Positions 62,165 through 64,000 of a stretch of 64,000 bases of DNA are shown here, piece by piece. Within the stretch, counting starts at the first letter, position 1. Each line of letters begins with the position of its first letter. Both the position numbers and the translations under genes were made by a program. The notes below the pieces were generated by a model. It was not told the DNA's origin. It did not search any database and saw only the letters and a list, made by a program, of their open reading frames with translations. Source of the stretch: Bifidobacterium sp. (GTDB lineage: Bacteria; Actinomycetota; Actinomycetes; Actinomycetales; Bifidobacteriaceae); the NCBI RefSeq assembly GCF_022640935.1, contig NZ_JALCCV010000002.1, positions 52,331-116,330 of the forward strand. The letters run 5' to 3'.

Positions 62165-62356
62165 TTACCGTGTCGGGCATTCGCGGCGAACGGGATTTCC
62201 TGCTCGTGGCGAAAGCACACAGAAAACGCGGCGGAGGGGTGTTTGCGCTGCGCGGCTTCACCGCACCATAATCCGGCTGAACTTGGCCGCATTGGCAAAA
62301 CGGCTAGACTTGTGATGAACTCATCCGGACGATGCATGCAACGAAAGGGGACACCG

Positions 62357-63784
62357 ATGACGGAAGCCTTTGACGAATCTGCCGAGAAGATGCGCCAGAA
62401 CGATATGAGCGAGACAGCGATTGCGCAGTTCAAACGGCTGTATGACGTATGGCGTGGCGAAGAAGACACCAGCTGGATCCGCGAATCCGAAGTCGAACCG
62501 CTGAGCGAGGTGCCCAGCTTCCACGACGTGTATGAGACCATCGACCATGACAAGGCAAAAGAAGCCTTTGCCAAGACCGCCTTCCTCAAGCTCAACGGCG
62601 GGCTGGGTACCTCGATGGGATTGGACAGCGCCAAATCGCTGCTGCCGGTGCGCCGGCACAAGGCCCGGCAGATGCGCTTCATCGATATCATCATCGGGCA
62701 GGTGCTCACGGCGCGCACCCGGTTGGAGGTGCCGCTGCCGATCACCTTCATGAACTCCTTCCGCACTTCGGCCGACACGATGAAGGTGCTTAGGCGCAAT
62801 CCCAAATTCGTTCAAGACGACATTCCCGAGGAGATCGTGCAGCATCAGGAGCCCAAGATCGACATCGCGACCGGCAGACCGGCAAGCTTCCCCGCGAATC
62901 CTGAGCTGGAATGGTGCCCGCCCGGCCACGGCGACCTGTATTCGACCCTCTGGGAGTCCGGCTTGCTCGACGTCTTGCAGGAGCAGGGCTTCTTGTATCT
63001 GTTCATATCCAATTCGGACAACCTTGGGGCGCGGCCCTCGCGCACGCTCGCCCAGCATTTCGAGAACACAGGCGCGCCATTCATGGTCGAAGTCGCCACG
63101 CGCACCGAGGCCGACAGGAAAGGCGGGCACATCGTGCGCGACAAGCACAGCGGCCGGCTCATGCTGCGCGAGATGAGCCAGGTGCACCCCGGCGACAAGG
63201 CGGCGGCGCAAGACATCGTCAAGCACCCGTATTTCAACACGAACAGCATTTGGGTGCGCATCGACGCCCTCAAGGAAAAACTGGCAGAATACGACGGCGT
63301 GCTGCCGCTCCCGGTGATCCGCAATGAGAAAACAGTGGACCCGACCGATCCGAACTCCACCAAGGTCATGCAGCTGGAAACGGCGATGGGCGCGGCCATC
63401 GGCGTGTTCGAGGGCGCCATCTGCGTGCAGGTCGACCGTATGCGTTTCCTGCCTGTCAAGACGACCGACGACCTGTTCATCATGCGCTCCGACCGCTTCC
63501 ATCTGACCGATTCCTATGAGATGGAAGATGGCAACTACATCTTTCCCAACGTCGAGCTGGATGAGCGGTACTACAAGAACATCAATGATTTCAACGAGCG
63601 TTTCCCCTATTCGATACCCTCGTTGGCCGCTGCCAACTCAGTGAGCATCACAGGGGACTGGACATTTGGCCAGAATGTGGTTCTATACTCCGACGCAACG
63701 CTGGAAGACCAAGGCCGGCCAAGCTACGTGCCGAACGGCGAATACGTTGGGCCGCAAGGCATTGAGCCCGATGATTGGGCATGA
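62357..63784 (+). CDS. ugpA: UTP--glucose-1-phosphate uridylyltransferase (eukaryote-like UGPase)
   Basis: LKLNGGLGTSMG...KS, FMNSF, WCPPGHGD, SNSDNLG, KGGH, QLETAMG, FLPVKTTDDL. Confidence 0.93.
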   Translation: MTEAFDESAEKMRQNDMSETAIAQFKRLYDVWRGEEDTSWIRESEVEPLSEVPSFHDVYETIDHDKAKEAFAKTAFLKLNGGLGTSMGLDSAKSLLPVRRHKARQMRFIDIIIGQVLTARTRLEVPLPITFMNSFRTSADTMKVLRRNPKFVQDDIPEEIVQHQEPKIDIATGRPASFPANPELEWCPPGHGDLYSTLWESGLLDVLQEQGFLYLFISNSDNLGARPSRTLAQHFENTGAPFMVEVATRTEADRKGGHIVRDKHSGRLMLREMSQVHPGDKAAAQDIVKHPYFNTNSIWVRIDALKEKLAEYDGVLPLPVIRNEKTVDPTDPNSTKVMQLETAMGAAIGVFEGAICVQVDRMRFLPVKTTDDLFIMRSDRFHLTDSYEMEDGNYIFPNVELDERYYKNINDFNERFPYSIPSLAAANSVSITGDWTFGQNVVLYSDATLEDQGRPSYVPNGEYVGPQGIEPDDWA

Positions 63785-63920
63785 TACGCGATTAAGCCGC
63801 TAAGGAAAAAGCACGATTTTGCCGATTTGGTGTCGCGAACCCCGCAAAGGCATCTAAGATAGAGAGATGTGCGGGGCACACTGCGCACTAGAACGAAACG
63901 ATAATGATACGTGAGGACCA

Positions 63921-64000
63921 ATGGCAGAAGGTAGCAACGGACGGCGACGGTTTTCCGACAAGTGGGGCAAGCATGAGTTGGACGTGCTGGCCGTGTTGTC
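63921..64000 (+). CDS. 5' end of the next gene (partial, product not assigned)
   Basis: GAGGA RBS and ATG at 63921; MAEGSNGRRRFSDKWGKHELDVLAVL runs open to the window end. Confidence 0.55.
   Translation, partial: MAEGSNGRRRFSDKWGKHELDVLAVL

Noticed and set aside
58139-62356. Prophage or ICE integrated at tRNA-Pro or tRNA-Gly
   Set aside because: No integrase, phage or conjugation genes, and no duplicated tRNA 3' end (att) found by eye.

Overview
High-GC actinobacterial chromosome segment, most consistent with a Bifidobacterium. This is inferred from gene content: Cmk-Der fusion, eukaryote-type UGPase, LAxTG sortase anchor, yajC without secD/F, and pyrB-pyrI. Core blocks are glgA-ABC-trmI-sixA-metE-metF-glnE-pyrBICFE (0.3-16.6 kb), thrS-pgsA-patA-pimA-yebC-ruvCAB-yajC-apt-sucCD-perM-purH (38-53 kb), rluB-cmk/der-tRNA-Pro, and ugpA. 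Accessory zone 1 (about 16.6-35.7 kb) lies between pyrE and tRNA-Gly. It carries an acyl-CoA ligase, a DHA2 efflux pump, a Mn/Fe superoxide dismutase, a MarP-type protease, a Firmicute-like GNAT and an aldo/keto reductase. It also holds a complete PRD-regulator/fructose-family PTS/AlsE operon (candidate D-allulose utilisation), a sortase-anchored protein with two PAP2 phosphatase domains, several gene remnants, and a tandem structured repeat of about 127 bp. Accessory zone 2 (about 58.1-62.3 kb) follows tRNA-Pro and carries a PadR/membrane-protein pair, an SDR, a DJ-1/PfpI protein and an internally deleted TetR(WHG) whose likely operator survives. I saw no CRISPR array, integrase or intact transposase. 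The strongest candidates for follow-up are the PTS-AlsE island with tandem operators, the SOD-containing stress cluster, the PIM (pgsA-patA-pimA) cluster, the pyr operon without pyrK/pyrD, the double-PAP2 surface enzyme and the tandem multi-hairpin element. All protein calls are from motif recognition; no database search was run.
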